NCBI GenBank assembly: GCA_002732805.1
Contig: NVSS01000025.1
Coordinates: forward strand, 1-44,049
Reading direction: 5' to 3'
DNA length: 44,049 nucleotides
Source: Coxiella sp. (in: g-proteobacteria)
GTDB lineage: Bacteria; Pseudomonadota; Gammaproteobacteria; Coxiellales; Coxiellaceae
Shown here: in pieces, positions 19,867 to 28,523 of the stretch
Numbering within the stretch: the stretch's first letter is position 1
How the letters are laid out: each line of letters begins with the position of its first letter
Translations under genes and position numbers: made by a program
Notes under the pieces: generated by a model
Databases searched by the model: none
Seen by the model: only the letters and a program-made list of their open reading frames with translations
What the model was told of the DNA's origin: nothing

Positions 19867-21290
19867 ACTCTATGTGCTCCATCTTCAAGTTGTTTAATAA
19901 GATCTAAATCAATCGTACCTTCTTTCGCTTTACTCATTACCTTTCTTACAGGTAGGTACTTCTGGTCTCCTACATCCTGTATCTTATTTGCTCCTGTAAG
20001 GTTAGATAGTATCTCTGCAAGTTGTAGCCTAGACTCTAGATCCTGGTGTACCAGTTTCCATATCTGTAAGAAGCTGATAGGATTAGGAGTCGGCCCTATC
20101 ATTGCTTGATCTATTGCAGTTACAATTGTATGACTTACTCCGCTATTCCTAGCCTTACCAAACTCACCTAAAGCCTTAGGCATTAAGCTCTCAGTATAAG
20201 TAAGCATAGCATTGGCATATCTAATATCTTCTGGTAAGATCTCAGTGCTGATTCTTGATGCAGCTACAACCATGCAGAGTTTTATTAGATGCGAGAGTCT
20301 TCTACCTGAGTAGTGTTCGAATCTAAGATCTTCAAGCGGCTCCCATGAATGGTAGATTATATCTAATAGCTCTCTAGATTCATCAGTCATTGTAACCTCT
20401 CCAACAACTTCTGCTTTTATTCTATGCAAGATGCCTATCAGATCTCTCTGCAAGTCTAAGTCCGGCGGCGGTGGAAAGGTATACTTAACTCCTGTAGGCT
20501 CCCCGTAGACTAAGAGTAATCTGGAGAAGAAGCCTTGTCCTGCTGTCTCAGGTGGGAATGCCTGATCAAAGCCAGTAGCAGTAGTACCTCCTAAGATAGA
20601 TATAGAAGGATAAGGAATGAATAGACTCTTAGCATTCTTCAGCCTGTAATCATACACTCCATCAAAGTCCCATAGATCTCCCAAAAGAGATATGAAATCT
20701 AGGTTCTTTAAACCAAGGAAGACATTAAACTCATCAGCAGCTATGAAGCATTCAGTAGGTTCTCTATCTATGTACATACTCTTAGTAGAGGTTCCTGCTT
20801 CTTCTCCCCATAGATTCTGCTCCAGCATACTTACGTCTGTGTCTAAATCTAGAGATCCTGCTCCGGCCAATCTATCACTCTGCAAAGCTAAGTCTTCTAG
20901 GAACTTCTCTTGCCTAGTCTTCTTAGCTGCAAAGGTATCATACCCAGCAAGACCAAGAAGCTTAGAGCTCATCTTAATAGCACTAGACTTCCTAGCTCCT
21001 GGTGAACCTATAAGTAAGGTATACATGTTAGGATAGATTGTAAAATGCCCATGCCTAAAGTACATGCTTCTTCCTAGGTATGCAGCTAAAGAAGTTATAG
21101 CAGCCCACCTATGAAAGAAAGTAGGACACTCAGTTTTGTTTGTATAATCTAGATAAGTAGCTACGAAGTTTACAGCACTAGCAGGCTGCTGCACTTCTTC
21201 TACAAGGGGTGCATCTAAGAATATATCTACCTGCTCTACCTGTTCTTCAGGCTCCAGGGACTCTGAAAGAGGCGATACTTCTAATACCAT
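19863..21290 (-). CDS. DUF3987-type P-loop NTPase, putative replicative helicase (475 aa)
   Basis: Walker A LLIGSPGARKSS, preceded by the FHRWAAITSLAAYLG... context typical of DUF3987/YfjI-like proteins. Lies next to the DNA polymerase gene. Confidence 0.55.
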   Translation of the reverse strand: MVLEVSPLSESLEPEEQVEQVDIFLDAPLVEEVQQPASAVNFVATYLDYTNKTECPTFFHRWAAITSLAAYLGRSMYFRHGHFTIYPNMYTLLIGSPGARKSSAIKMSSKLLGLAGYDTFAAKKTRQEKFLEDLALQSDRLAGAGSLDLDTDVSMLEQNLWGEEAGTSTKSMYIDREPTECFIAADEFNVFLGLKNLDFISLLGDLWDFDGVYDYRLKNAKSLFIPYPSISILGGTTATGFDQAFPPETAGQGFFSRLLLVYGEPTGVKYTFPPPPDLDLQRDLIGILHRIKAEVVGEVTMTDESRELLDIIYHSWEPLEDLRFEHYSGRRLSHLIKLCMVVAASRISTEILPEDIRYANAMLTYTESLMPKALGEFGKARNSGVSHTIVTAIDQAMIGPTPNPISFLQIWKLVHQDLESRLQLAEILSNLTGANKIQDVGDQKYLPVRKVMSKAKEGTIDLDLIKQLEDGAHRV

Positions 21291-21297
21291 CTGTAGT

Positions 21298-21531
21298 CTA
21301 AGCTCCCTTCTCTGCTGAGTCTGTTGGTTGTGAGATAGGTAACAGCTTCATTACAAGTTGCCTATGATCTCCAGGATTTAAGCCTAAGTACTGTAGCTCT
21401 TCTCTGGTCAGTTCTACTCCTGTAGGTCTGCCGCCGTAAGGTATAGTATGGCCTCTGCATTTACTGCCTACATCATACTCCCTAGGTGCAGTAAACGTAC
21501 CACCTCCTTTAGGACTGTATATAAATTTCAT
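21298..21531 (-). CDS. Hypothetical protein (77 aa)
   Basis: The ATG at 21531 overlaps the DNA polymerase stop as TAATG. The listed start at 21537 is a GTG. Confidence 0.6.
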   Translation of the reverse strand: MKFIYSPKGGGTFTAPREYDVGSKCRGHTIPYGGRPTGVELTREELQYLGLNPGDHRQLVMKLLPISQPTDSAEKGA

Positions 21532-23981
21532 TAACACTCACTCCAATAAATTGATGGGTTATCTGCAGGTCCACACTTAGTCTCTGCTGGAACTGTAAAC
21601 GTCCTTACTACTCCGTCATATGCTTTAATAGTTACTGGTATCTCTAAGAGATCCTCAACCATCTTACACAAGTACTCATGATCTTCTCTGAACTGAAAGA
21701 GAATCGAATCATGTATCTGTGCATTAAGTTTAAAGTTAGCTGTATGTTTTGGATTCATTGCTATATTATGATAGGTTGCTAGATAAGCTTTATTTAGTGT
21801 TTGTGCATTTAATGATTGAGGTGGATGAGCTATATAAGAATTAAGAGATTGTTTAGAGGCAGAAGGATTACCAAAGCATCTACGAGTCCAAGAACCTTCT
21901 GCTTGCAGGTCCCAGTCTTCTTTAGAAGTGCAGTAGTGAACAGCCTGACTCTTAAGCATCCCTGTCATAGCTATCTCATTCTTAACTCCTTCATACATAG
22001 TTCCTCTAATACCTGGGTAGGTTTTATGGAACTGCTCTAGGAGATACTCAGCTACTTGCATGTAAGTCCAGAATCTATTCAAGCCTAAGAGGATCTTAGC
22101 TTCCTGTACCTTCTCCTCTCCCATAGTGTCTATAAGAACATAAGCTCCCATATTATAATTGGCACCATGATTGACTGGCTTACCCAGTTGTCTTAGAGGT
22201 TTGTTAATAACTTCTTGCTTCAGTGCATCATAGATCTCTTCGAACGGAACACCAAAGAACTTAGAAGCATTGTAAGAGTGGAAATCTGGGGAGTGTTCTA
22301 CAGCTTCTATCAGAGTAGGATCTCCAGATATGTAAGCTGTATCTCTACTCTCTGCCTGAGATAGGTCAGCTTCTGCTAAGAAGAATCCTGGGTCTGCTTT
22401 GAGAGTTCTCTTAACAGCAGGGCCGCGAGGTATGTTTTGTACTTGCAAGCCACACCAAAAGTGGTGCTCTCTGCTAGCCAAGCGAGAGGTATCTGTACCA
22501 TGAGGATTAAGAGCGAATAAGATCCTACTGCCTGTGCCATCTTGTCTCCTAAATTCTTTACCAGGAGTAAGGTATGTAGAAACTAGCTTCCTAGCTTTCC
22601 TTATTGTAAGTACAAGGGATAGGATCTTAGCATTAAGAGGATGTCTGAAGCGAGCCTTAGCCAGAGCTTTGGCATCTGCATTCTTAAGATCTTTGCAGCC
22701 TAAGAGAGCTAGTAGCTGCATCATCTGCTTAGGTGAGTTAACATTGAAGCTCTCCCCTGCAGGAACTGAGAGGATAGTATTAAGAGAGAAGGTGGCCTTA
22801 TCTATGATAGCATCTTGCTCAGCCTTAGCTGCTTTAAGAGTATCCATATCTCTTTCTATTCCTGTCATCTCTGATAAGTGACAAGGGAATACAAGAGGAA
22901 ATTCTAAGAGGTAGTTAGTTCTAGCATACTCTGGTGCTTCTATAAGCATTGCAAGAAAAGCATTACCAGTACCCCAAGTGTCAAGAGCGTTATACCTATA
23001 GTACTCATGTAAGTCATTAGTCTCTGCTAGATCTTTCCAGTAAACAGCTTCTCGTATAAAGAAACTATTAAGGAAGCCGAGGTCTTTAGGGAGTTCGCTA
23101 TACCAAGAATGGAACCAATGAGCAGTATCAAATAGATAGTTATAAACAGGAGCATTGTAACGAGCGAGATAAGCGATATCATACTTTCCATTCTGAAATA
23201 CCTTAGGTGCTTTAAGTTCCCAGTTCCACTTCTTCATGATAGCTAGGTTATATTCTGAGTCCATAGGTAAGACATAACTCATGCTTTGCAAGATAGAAGA
23301 GCCTGGCATATAGTAGAAGCCTGTATAAGATAGGCACCTGATAGCAGCATTCTCTCTAAAGGTTTCTATATCTATACAGACCATGAATGAATGCTTCTGT
23401 ATGAAGTTGAAAGATGCTTCTTCTTTCTCAGGAGTTAGTTCTTCCCAGTTAAAAGCAGAAGGTACGAACCATTCATCCTTATGAGTAAGCTTCTTTATAA
23501 GCCTCGTTGCCATGAACTTACCAGAAGGTACTGTTACCAACTGCTTCAATGGAGATATGAATACTATTTCTATATCAGGCCCAGCAGAGCTATTCATAGA
23601 AGGTATCTTAAAATAAGATCCGGCATAGTTAGACAGGGAAGGAGCTTTTCTTTTATCCCAGTATAAGAGTTTCTTTAAGAGATCTACGGAGGTGGATATG
23701 ACTTTATTGATTTTTCTTCCTGCGCAGTACATCTTTAACTGAGCTACAGTCTCCAGCTTATCTAAACGCAGGCGCACTGTATAAGATCCTACGCAACCTT
23801 TAAGATAAGGTAGGTAGTTCTTATCTGCTGCTGTTCCCCAGAATAGAATAGAATCTTCTGCCAGAACTTGCCGCCTACCAGTACTCAGAGAAATGCCTTC
23901 TGCTTTTGCATCTCTCATAGCTGCTATATGCTGCGCTAGCTTGGAGCTTGTCTTAGGCTGCTGCTTAGGCTTAGCTATCAT
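21531..23981 (-). CDS. Family A DNA polymerase with 3'-5' exonuclease domain and a ~200-aa N-terminal extension (816 aa)
   Basis: Exo I CIDIETF, Exo II QNGKYDIAYL, Exo III YNALDT. Pol motif A LAEADLSQAESRD, motif B RQLGKPVNHGANYNMG, motif C AQIHDSILF. Confidence 0.9.
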   Translation of the reverse strand: MIAKPKQQPKTSSKLAQHIAAMRDAKAEGISLSTGRRQVLAEDSILFWGTAADKNYLPYLKGCVGSYTVRLRLDKLETVAQLKMYCAGRKINKVISTSVDLLKKLLYWDKRKAPSLSNYAGSYFKIPSMNSSAGPDIEIVFISPLKQLVTVPSGKFMATRLIKKLTHKDEWFVPSAFNWEELTPEKEEASFNFIQKHSFMVCIDIETFRENAAIRCLSYTGFYYMPGSSILQSMSYVLPMDSEYNLAIMKKWNWELKAPKVFQNGKYDIAYLARYNAPVYNYLFDTAHWFHSWYSELPKDLGFLNSFFIREAVYWKDLAETNDLHEYYRYNALDTWGTGNAFLAMLIEAPEYARTNYLLEFPLVFPCHLSEMTGIERDMDTLKAAKAEQDAIIDKATFSLNTILSVPAGESFNVNSPKQMMQLLALLGCKDLKNADAKALAKARFRHPLNAKILSLVLTIRKARKLVSTYLTPGKEFRRQDGTGSRILFALNPHGTDTSRLASREHHFWCGLQVQNIPRGPAVKRTLKADPGFFLAEADLSQAESRDTAYISGDPTLIEAVEHSPDFHSYNASKFFGVPFEEIYDALKQEVINKPLRQLGKPVNHGANYNMGAYVLIDTMGEEKVQEAKILLGLNRFWTYMQVAEYLLEQFHKTYPGIRGTMYEGVKNEIAMTGMLKSQAVHYCTSKEDWDLQAEGSWTRRCFGNPSASKQSLNSYIAHPPQSLNAQTLNKAYLATYHNIAMNPKHTANFKLNAQIHDSILFQFREDHEYLCKMVEDLLEIPVTIKAYDGVVRTFTVPAETKCGPADNPSIYWSEC

Positions 23982-24147
23982 TAGTATGTGCTGCCTGTGT
24001 GTAGTGTACTTTACTGAGAGTTACCTTGTCAGGATCAGTAGCTTCTATAATGCTCTTAAGCTTGTGCATGTAATCCACATTAACAGACTCTCCATGTATA
24101 TGATGTAGCCTGTCATAAAGCCATTGTAAGAACTCTTTATCAAACAT
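23971..24147 (-). CDS. Small hypothetical protein (58 aa, below the ORF-track cutoff)
   Basis: Hand translation gives MFDKEFLQWLYDRLHHIHGESVNVDYMHKLKSIIEATDPDKVTLSKVHYTQAAHTNDS. RBS AGGA-N8-ATG. Its stop overlaps the polymerase start by 11 nt. Confidence 0.5.
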   Translation of the reverse strand: MFDKEFLQWLYDRLHHIHGESVNVDYMHKLKSIIEATDPDKVTLSKVHYTQAAHTNDS

Positions 24148-24182
24148 GCTTATATTCCTATAGTCTGGTATCTGTAGTACCT

Positions 24183-24217
24183 AAAAAGCCCCAATACCGG
24201 TTAAGATATTGAGGCTT
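24183..24217 (-). terminator. Intrinsic terminator or attenuator after the 146-aa gene
   Basis: On the minus strand, AAGCCTCAATA-N10-TATTGGGGCTT forms an 11-bp stem with one mismatch, followed by a T run. Confidence 0.6.
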
Positions 24218-24248
24218 CTTTAGCTCTTACTGGTGGTACTAGCTGGTG

Positions 24249-24689
24249 CTAGACAACAGCAATCTCTTTCACCTGGAGATAGATCTTATCAGGATCATTC
24301 TTATCCTTGCGGAGAGAAGTCATGATAATACATTCTACATCATTGCACTCTTCTACAGTAGATCTAATAGAAGCAGTACCTAAGGCAGCTTGCAAAGGCA
24401 TTGCACACTTCTTAAGATTACCTCTGCCGAATTCATTATCTAACATGAATAAGATAGAGCACTTAGACTCTGCTTTAGGAGCTTCAGCTTGTGCATCAGC
24501 CAGTTCCACAGCTTCTAGATAGCTGAAAGCTAGTTCAATAGCATCAGGAGCTTCGCCTTCATTAGTCTTAATGTTCTTGAAAGCTAAGGTAGCTAATACC
24601 TTGTGAGCACCTACGGGATAAGGCTCGAACGAAGGCAAGTCATCAAGGTCATCTAAGGTAGAGTCTAGTAGATCATCAAAATTTGACAT
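24249..24689 (-). CDS. DUF669-like protein, possible ssDNA-binding partner of the AAA_24 ATPase (146 aa)
   Basis: Acidic N-terminus followed by F-E-P-Y-P-V-G-A-H, resembling the DUF669 pattern f.plP.G.Y. Lies in the usual AAA_24 neighbourhood. Strong RBS, with a terminator downstream. Confidence 0.4.
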   Translation of the reverse strand: MSNFDDLLDSTLDDLDDLPSFEPYPVGAHKVLATLAFKNIKTNEGEAPDAIELAFSYLEAVELADAQAEAPKAESKCSILFMLDNEFGRGNLKKCAMPLQAALGTASIRSTVEECNDVECIIMTSLRKDKNDPDKIYLQVKEIAVV

Positions 24690-24760
24690 AATATATTCCT
24701 ATTGGATTTCTATAAAGGTTTATTAAAAGTTAAAGGTTTCTGTATATGCTTAAGTTTATT

Positions 24761-25264
24761 TTATAGTGTCACTTGCAAGTCTTTCCACTTCTTATCTTTC
24801 ATCTTCTCACTCATCTCCTCACGGAGAATTCTTTGATACCTCTGCCACTTAGGTACTAGGTCTCTTTCCATGAACTTATGTCCATGATAGTATAAGCCTG
24901 TATGAGACAGGAGGTATTCTTCTTTAAGGTAGCGGTCCATATAAGACTCAAAAGGTTTTGGCCTAGAGAGAAGGCTATCTAAGATCCAAACCTGGCCATG
25001 ATCCACAACTCTAAGTACCATGTGCATCTCACCTTTGTATCTACCTCTAAGAAGGCGCCCTGCTATAAGCTGTATGTTCTGATCCTTGTAACCTTTCAAG
25101 AGCAGTGCCTGTCTCATAGCTAGCTTTAGATCCTCGCAGTCTGCGCCTTTCTTAATAGACTCTGCATAAGTCTGCCAGATATCTTTACCTGGAAGCTCTC
25201 TCTTATAAGAGATATCAGACATAACCATTTCGAATGCTGAGGTTATCTTCTTTGGTGCTCGCAT
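24761..25264 (-). CDS. Transglutaminase-like cysteine protease, BTLCP / LapG family (Peptidase C93-like, 167 aa)
   Basis: KDIW...GADCEDLKLAMRQALLLKGY...EMHMVLRVV...QVWILDS matches the BTLCP pattern D.W...G.GDCEDya.aK..L...G...HaVL.v...vLDn. Putative triad is C43/H81/D96. No N-terminal signal peptide. Confidence 0.7.
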   Translation of the reverse strand: MRAPKKITSAFEMVMSDISYKRELPGKDIWQTYAESIKKGADCEDLKLAMRQALLLKGYKDQNIQLIAGRLLRGRYKGEMHMVLRVVDHGQVWILDSLLSRPKPFESYMDRYLKEEYLLSHTGLYYHGHKFMERDLVPKWQRYQRILREEMSEKMKDKKWKDLQVTL

Positions 25265-25273
25265 AGATTACTC

Positions 25274-26245
25274 CTATTTCTTCTTTTGATTCTTAAGCTT
25301 AGCTAGGATGGCCGCAGTACTAGCCTTGACAGGACTCTTAGATACAGAGCTTCCAGTTTTGGTAGCTGTAACTGAGGGTGCGCCAGAGGAAGCTGCTATC
25401 CTTTGCGCATACAACTCAGGTTTAAATATTGCTAGGAGAGAAGCATCATCTCCACCGTCTTCTATCTTAACATCAGACCTAGAGCCTGTCAAGATATTGG
25501 TGGCGTATGTAGTAGAAGATGCAAAGACATGCTTCTTATTCTTTCTCTCACAGTATACAACATGATCAAAGAACTTAGCTACATTCCTAGAATAGTTCCT
25601 AGTACCACCTACAGGAGTAAGAGACTTCTTCTTATTCTCTCCTTCTATCTCCTGCTCATGAGAGATCACAATAACATTGTAACCTGCTTGCTGTATCTCA
25701 GATAGGAATACATCCAGAAGCTTAGCTAGATTACCCCAGTCATCATAGTTCAGCTTGTAATCATCAGGCTGCTTCTTAGTTATGTGAGAGATAATAGAGT
25801 TAGATAGCTGAGTAAGAGAATCAAATACAACTATCTTCTCAGGTCCCATCTCAGGGATATCTAGATCTATGAAGAAGCTAGCATGTATATCTCCGTGCTC
25901 TTCTTTAGGAGCATCTTTGCATACCTTAACTTCTTCTCTTGTGCAGATCATGCAGCCTACCTTACTGTGTACTTCACAGATAGAGACTGGACCTTTAACC
26001 ATCTTAAGACAGGTCTCTGCTGCTATAGGATAGCTCTTAGTATCCCTTATGTTTACAATCTCAATCCTTTGCTTCCAAGTTTCAGGAAGCTTATGTAAGA
26101 CTGAGTGCCCATTCTCTAAGTCTACCCAGATGAGATCATAGAACTCTGCAAGCTTACCTACCAGTTCTGATTTACCAGTCTTAGGTGCTCCGTATACTAT
26201 GATCCTGTGGGTAGAGGATTCTTTTAATGTGTTTAGTTTAGCCAT
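25274..26245 (-). CDS. AAA_24 / Sak4-like RecA-fold ATPase with a Cys-rich insertion (323 aa)
   Basis: Walker A IIVYGAPKTGKSELV followed by LIWVDLENG, and Walker B-like IVVFDSLT. Insertion of form CX7CX2CX7C (C90, C98, C101, C109; nt 25919..25978). Confidence 0.65.
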   Translation of the reverse strand: MAKLNTLKESSTHRIIVYGAPKTGKSELVGKLAEFYDLIWVDLENGHSVLHKLPETWKQRIEIVNIRDTKSYPIAAETCLKMVKGPVSICEVHSKVGCMICTREEVKVCKDAPKEEHGDIHASFFIDLDIPEMGPEKIVVFDSLTQLSNSIISHITKKQPDDYKLNYDDWGNLAKLLDVFLSEIQQAGYNVIVISHEQEIEGENKKKSLTPVGGTRNYSRNVAKFFDHVVYCERKNKKHVFASSTTYATNILTGSRSDVKIEDGGDDASLLAIFKPELYAQRIAASSGAPSVTATKTGSSVSKSPVKASTAAILAKLKNQKKK

Positions 26246-26561
26246 CTTCTGTCTCTAGCTCCTTCTGTTTCTCTGAAAACAAACTGTCTTTAAGCTTGCC
26301 TATGAACTTGTCTGCTGCCTGCTCTAAAGAACTGTCAGACTCCTTTGGTGGGCGCTTCTTTCTCAATGTAGATTCTCTAGCTAACCATGTACCATCGGAC
26401 CTATTAGGATTAAGGTCTACTGGCACTAAGATAATATAGTCTCCTTTTTGCTCAGATTTCATAGCTCTGGTCTTAGGATCTGCTATACCTACTACTTCGC
26501 AGTCATACCACTTACCTAAGTTACGTGCCTCACATAACTCACCTACTGTAAACTTGTTCAT
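26238..26561 (-). CDS. Hypothetical protein (107 aa), small beta-rich N-domain plus basic/acidic tail
   Basis: ORF with RBS AAGGAG-N9-ATG. Overlaps the AAA_24 start by 8 nt. Confidence 0.7.
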   Translation of the reverse strand: MNKFTVGELCEARNLGKWYDCEVVGIADPKTRAMKSEQKGDYIILVPVDLNPNRSDGTWLARESTLRKKRPPKESDSSLEQAADKFIGKLKDSLFSEKQKELETEDG

Positions 26562-26588
26562 AAGCTGAAGCTCCTTCTGTTTTAGGTG

Positions 26589-26981
26589 TTAAAAGGGTAT
26601 GTCATCATCGAAGTCTAATATCTCTTGAGCTTCCTCTTCTGGTACTTCTAGCTGCTCTCCTAGATAGACCTTGATACTAGCAGTAATCTCTAGGACATCA
26701 TTATCTCTCATCCAAGAGAAGTACTCTTTATCTGTATCTATTACTTCCTTGAGAGTATCATGCCTATGCTTACCAAAACCTACAGGATTATCTAGGTACA
26801 GATGCCACTTACCTTCTTCCTTATAATTCTGAGGAGAAGCAAAGCTGCTAGGGCTAACTATATGTGGCCCAAAGTTACCATTAGAAGTAGGTACATAACC
26901 TGAAGCTGTAGATACTGAATCAGTGTCTACCATATAGGCTTGCCAGTCCTCATAATCTTCGCTTGTGAAGTAGTCTGCCAT
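26589..26981 (-). CDS. DUF3820/ExoX-C-like domain protein ending in an SSB-type C-terminal tip DFDDDIPF (130 aa)
   Basis: GFGKHRHDTLKEVIDTDKEYFSWMRDN resembles the FGKykG..l.ev...d..Yl.W pattern. The last 8 residues are identical to the E. coli SSB C-terminus, checked codon by codon at 26592..26615. Confidence 0.6.
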   Translation of the reverse strand: MADYFTSEDYEDWQAYMVDTDSVSTASGYVPTSNGNFGPHIVSPSSFASPQNYKEEGKWHLYLDNPVGFGKHRHDTLKEVIDTDKEYFSWMRDNDVLEITASIKVYLGEQLEVPEEEAQEILDFDDDIPF

Positions 26982-27006
26982 GATCTTATCCTTCCCTTAA
27001 AGGGTC

Positions 27007-28107
27007 TTAAAGTCCTGCCTTTCTTATCTGAGTTTCTACTAGCTCATCAAAGTCTATCTTAAAGGTATACCTAGCTTCATCCTTAGCAATCTTATCTAAG
27101 ATCTTTTGCGTAAGGGGCTTAACTAAGTTCTCTGTCTGTAAGGTACACAAGCCTAGGTACTCGCACTCTCGAAAGAAGTCGAAGCAGCTTTCTCCGTGCA
27201 TAGGATATACCTCATAAGATTCATACAGCTCAATCATTTGAGTATCAATCATTAGCTCTTGCAGCCAGAGAGCTCTTTGAAGCAAGCTCTTCTGGAATGG
27301 GAGTTCTTTGTACTCATAGCTCTTAGTCTCATATACCAGGTACAGAACTACATAAGAAGAGAGCTCAGGGAACAGGAGATCTAAGATAACTGAGTAGCCT
27401 AAAGCCTGGCCTGAGTTCTTGAATGTAGCAGGGTTAGCTATAGCAGAGGAAGTCTTAGCTTCTAAAACCATTATCTCCCCTGTATCTTTGTGCCTAAGAA
27501 CTGCATCTACGAAACCTCTGTAAGCAAAGCCATTAGAGAAGTTAATTACAAATGCCAGTTCTACTGCTGGAAGCAAAGGACCAGTAGGTTCTGCCGGATC
27601 AGGATAATATACCAGCTCATACTCATCTAAGAATCCATTCTCTCTTAAAGCTATGAACTTCTGTACTGCAAACATAGCTAGCCAGAAAGACTTCTTCTGC
27701 TTAGGATTGTCATCTAATAGATCTGTATCCCAGCTTAGGAATGTATCCATGAAGATCTGAGTAGGAGTCTTACCTTCCAGAGTAGATTGCACTCCTACAC
27801 CTACTGCTGTACCATAAGCAAATGTAACATTCTGTCCTATCTGAGCCAGCTCTTCTAAAGGAGTCTCATCAGAAGATAAGCGATAGAGTTGATACTTCCT
27901 AGGGCACTTGTGTAAGGTAGTTCTTGAAGAGTGAGAGAGAAGCTTAAGCCTAGGATCTATCTCTCCTGGCTCTAAAGTTATTACCTGTATCAGTTCTTGC
28001 TCCCCTTCTTCTGGGAGATCTTCACTGGTATCTGCGTAATCTTCTAAGGGCACTAAGCCGTCTAGCTCTGCATCTAAGAAGTCATCCATGTCTTGTTTAA
28101 TAGTCAT
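27007..28107 (-). CDS. PD-(D/E)XK nuclease, Cas4/RecB-like with a probable Fe-S cluster (366 aa)
   Basis: N-terminal Cys in HKCPRKYQLY. Core motif FVDAV...IMVLEAKTS (D...E-x-K), plus QALGYS. C-terminal Cys triad CFDFFRECEYLGLC. Confidence 0.75.
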   Translation of the reverse strand: MTIKQDMDDFLDAELDGLVPLEDYADTSEDLPEEGEQELIQVITLEPGEIDPRLKLLSHSSRTTLHKCPRKYQLYRLSSDETPLEELAQIGQNVTFAYGTAVGVGVQSTLEGKTPTQIFMDTFLSWDTDLLDDNPKQKKSFWLAMFAVQKFIALRENGFLDEYELVYYPDPAEPTGPLLPAVELAFVINFSNGFAYRGFVDAVLRHKDTGEIMVLEAKTSSAIANPATFKNSGQALGYSVILDLLFPELSSYVVLYLVYETKSYEYKELPFQKSLLQRALWLQELMIDTQMIELYESYEVYPMHGESCFDFFRECEYLGLCTLQTENLVKPLTQKILDKIAKDEARYTFKIDFDELVETQIRKAGL

Positions 28108-28511
28108 TATGATTCTGCCTTCCCTTGTAGGGATAAGTTTATGCTTATTGCTGGCAATACTTCTTCTATCATACAGAAGCAGATAGCTCTCTCTACTACT
28201 TCTAGTCGCGTTAGGTAAGACTGTATGCCTTCTACTGCTGGGTTCCCTGGTAATAGAATCTTAGCTACCTCATAAGTAGAATACCCACTCAAGAGAGCAG
28301 GAACTCTGTAAGATTCTGGGTAGCAAGGTATGCTTATAGGAGAGAGAAACTTTACCAGTCTCCTAGCTCCTTCCATATAGTCTATATAACACTCCTTCTC
28401 TGCTTTGGTGTAGATGAGAAGGAAGGTAGCTAAAGGAGTAGGGTGCCTTGAGTGATCTTCTGTAGATAGGGGAGAAGTATTCAGCTTCTCTCTTAGATGA
28501 GAAAGGTCCAT
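28107..28511 (-). CDS. Hypothetical protein (134 aa)
   Basis: ORF coupled to the nuclease gene by a TAATG overlap. Confidence 0.65.
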   Translation of the reverse strand: MDLSHLREKLNTSPLSTEDHSRHPTPLATFLLIYTKAEKECYIDYMEGARRLVKFLSPISIPCYPESYRVPALLSGYSTYEVAKILLPGNPAVEGIQSYLTRLEVVERAICFCMIEEVLPAISINLSLQGKAES

Positions 28512-28523
28512 AATAGGCTCTGC

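Noticed and set aside
20692-21036. Plus-strand ORFs antisense to minus-arm genes. In full: 19133..19333, 20692..21036, 21816..22040, 22534..22881, 23481..23666, 23893..24108, 24307..24522, 25308..25565, 25883..26098, 29565..29846, 32665..32913, 33729..33911, 34134..34319, 35044..35310 and 35999..36310. The same-strand overlapping ORF 29528..29755 is also included.
   Set aside because: Each is nested in a longer ORF that has recognisable motifs or operon coupling. None has a convincing RBS, and the products look like shadow-frame translations.
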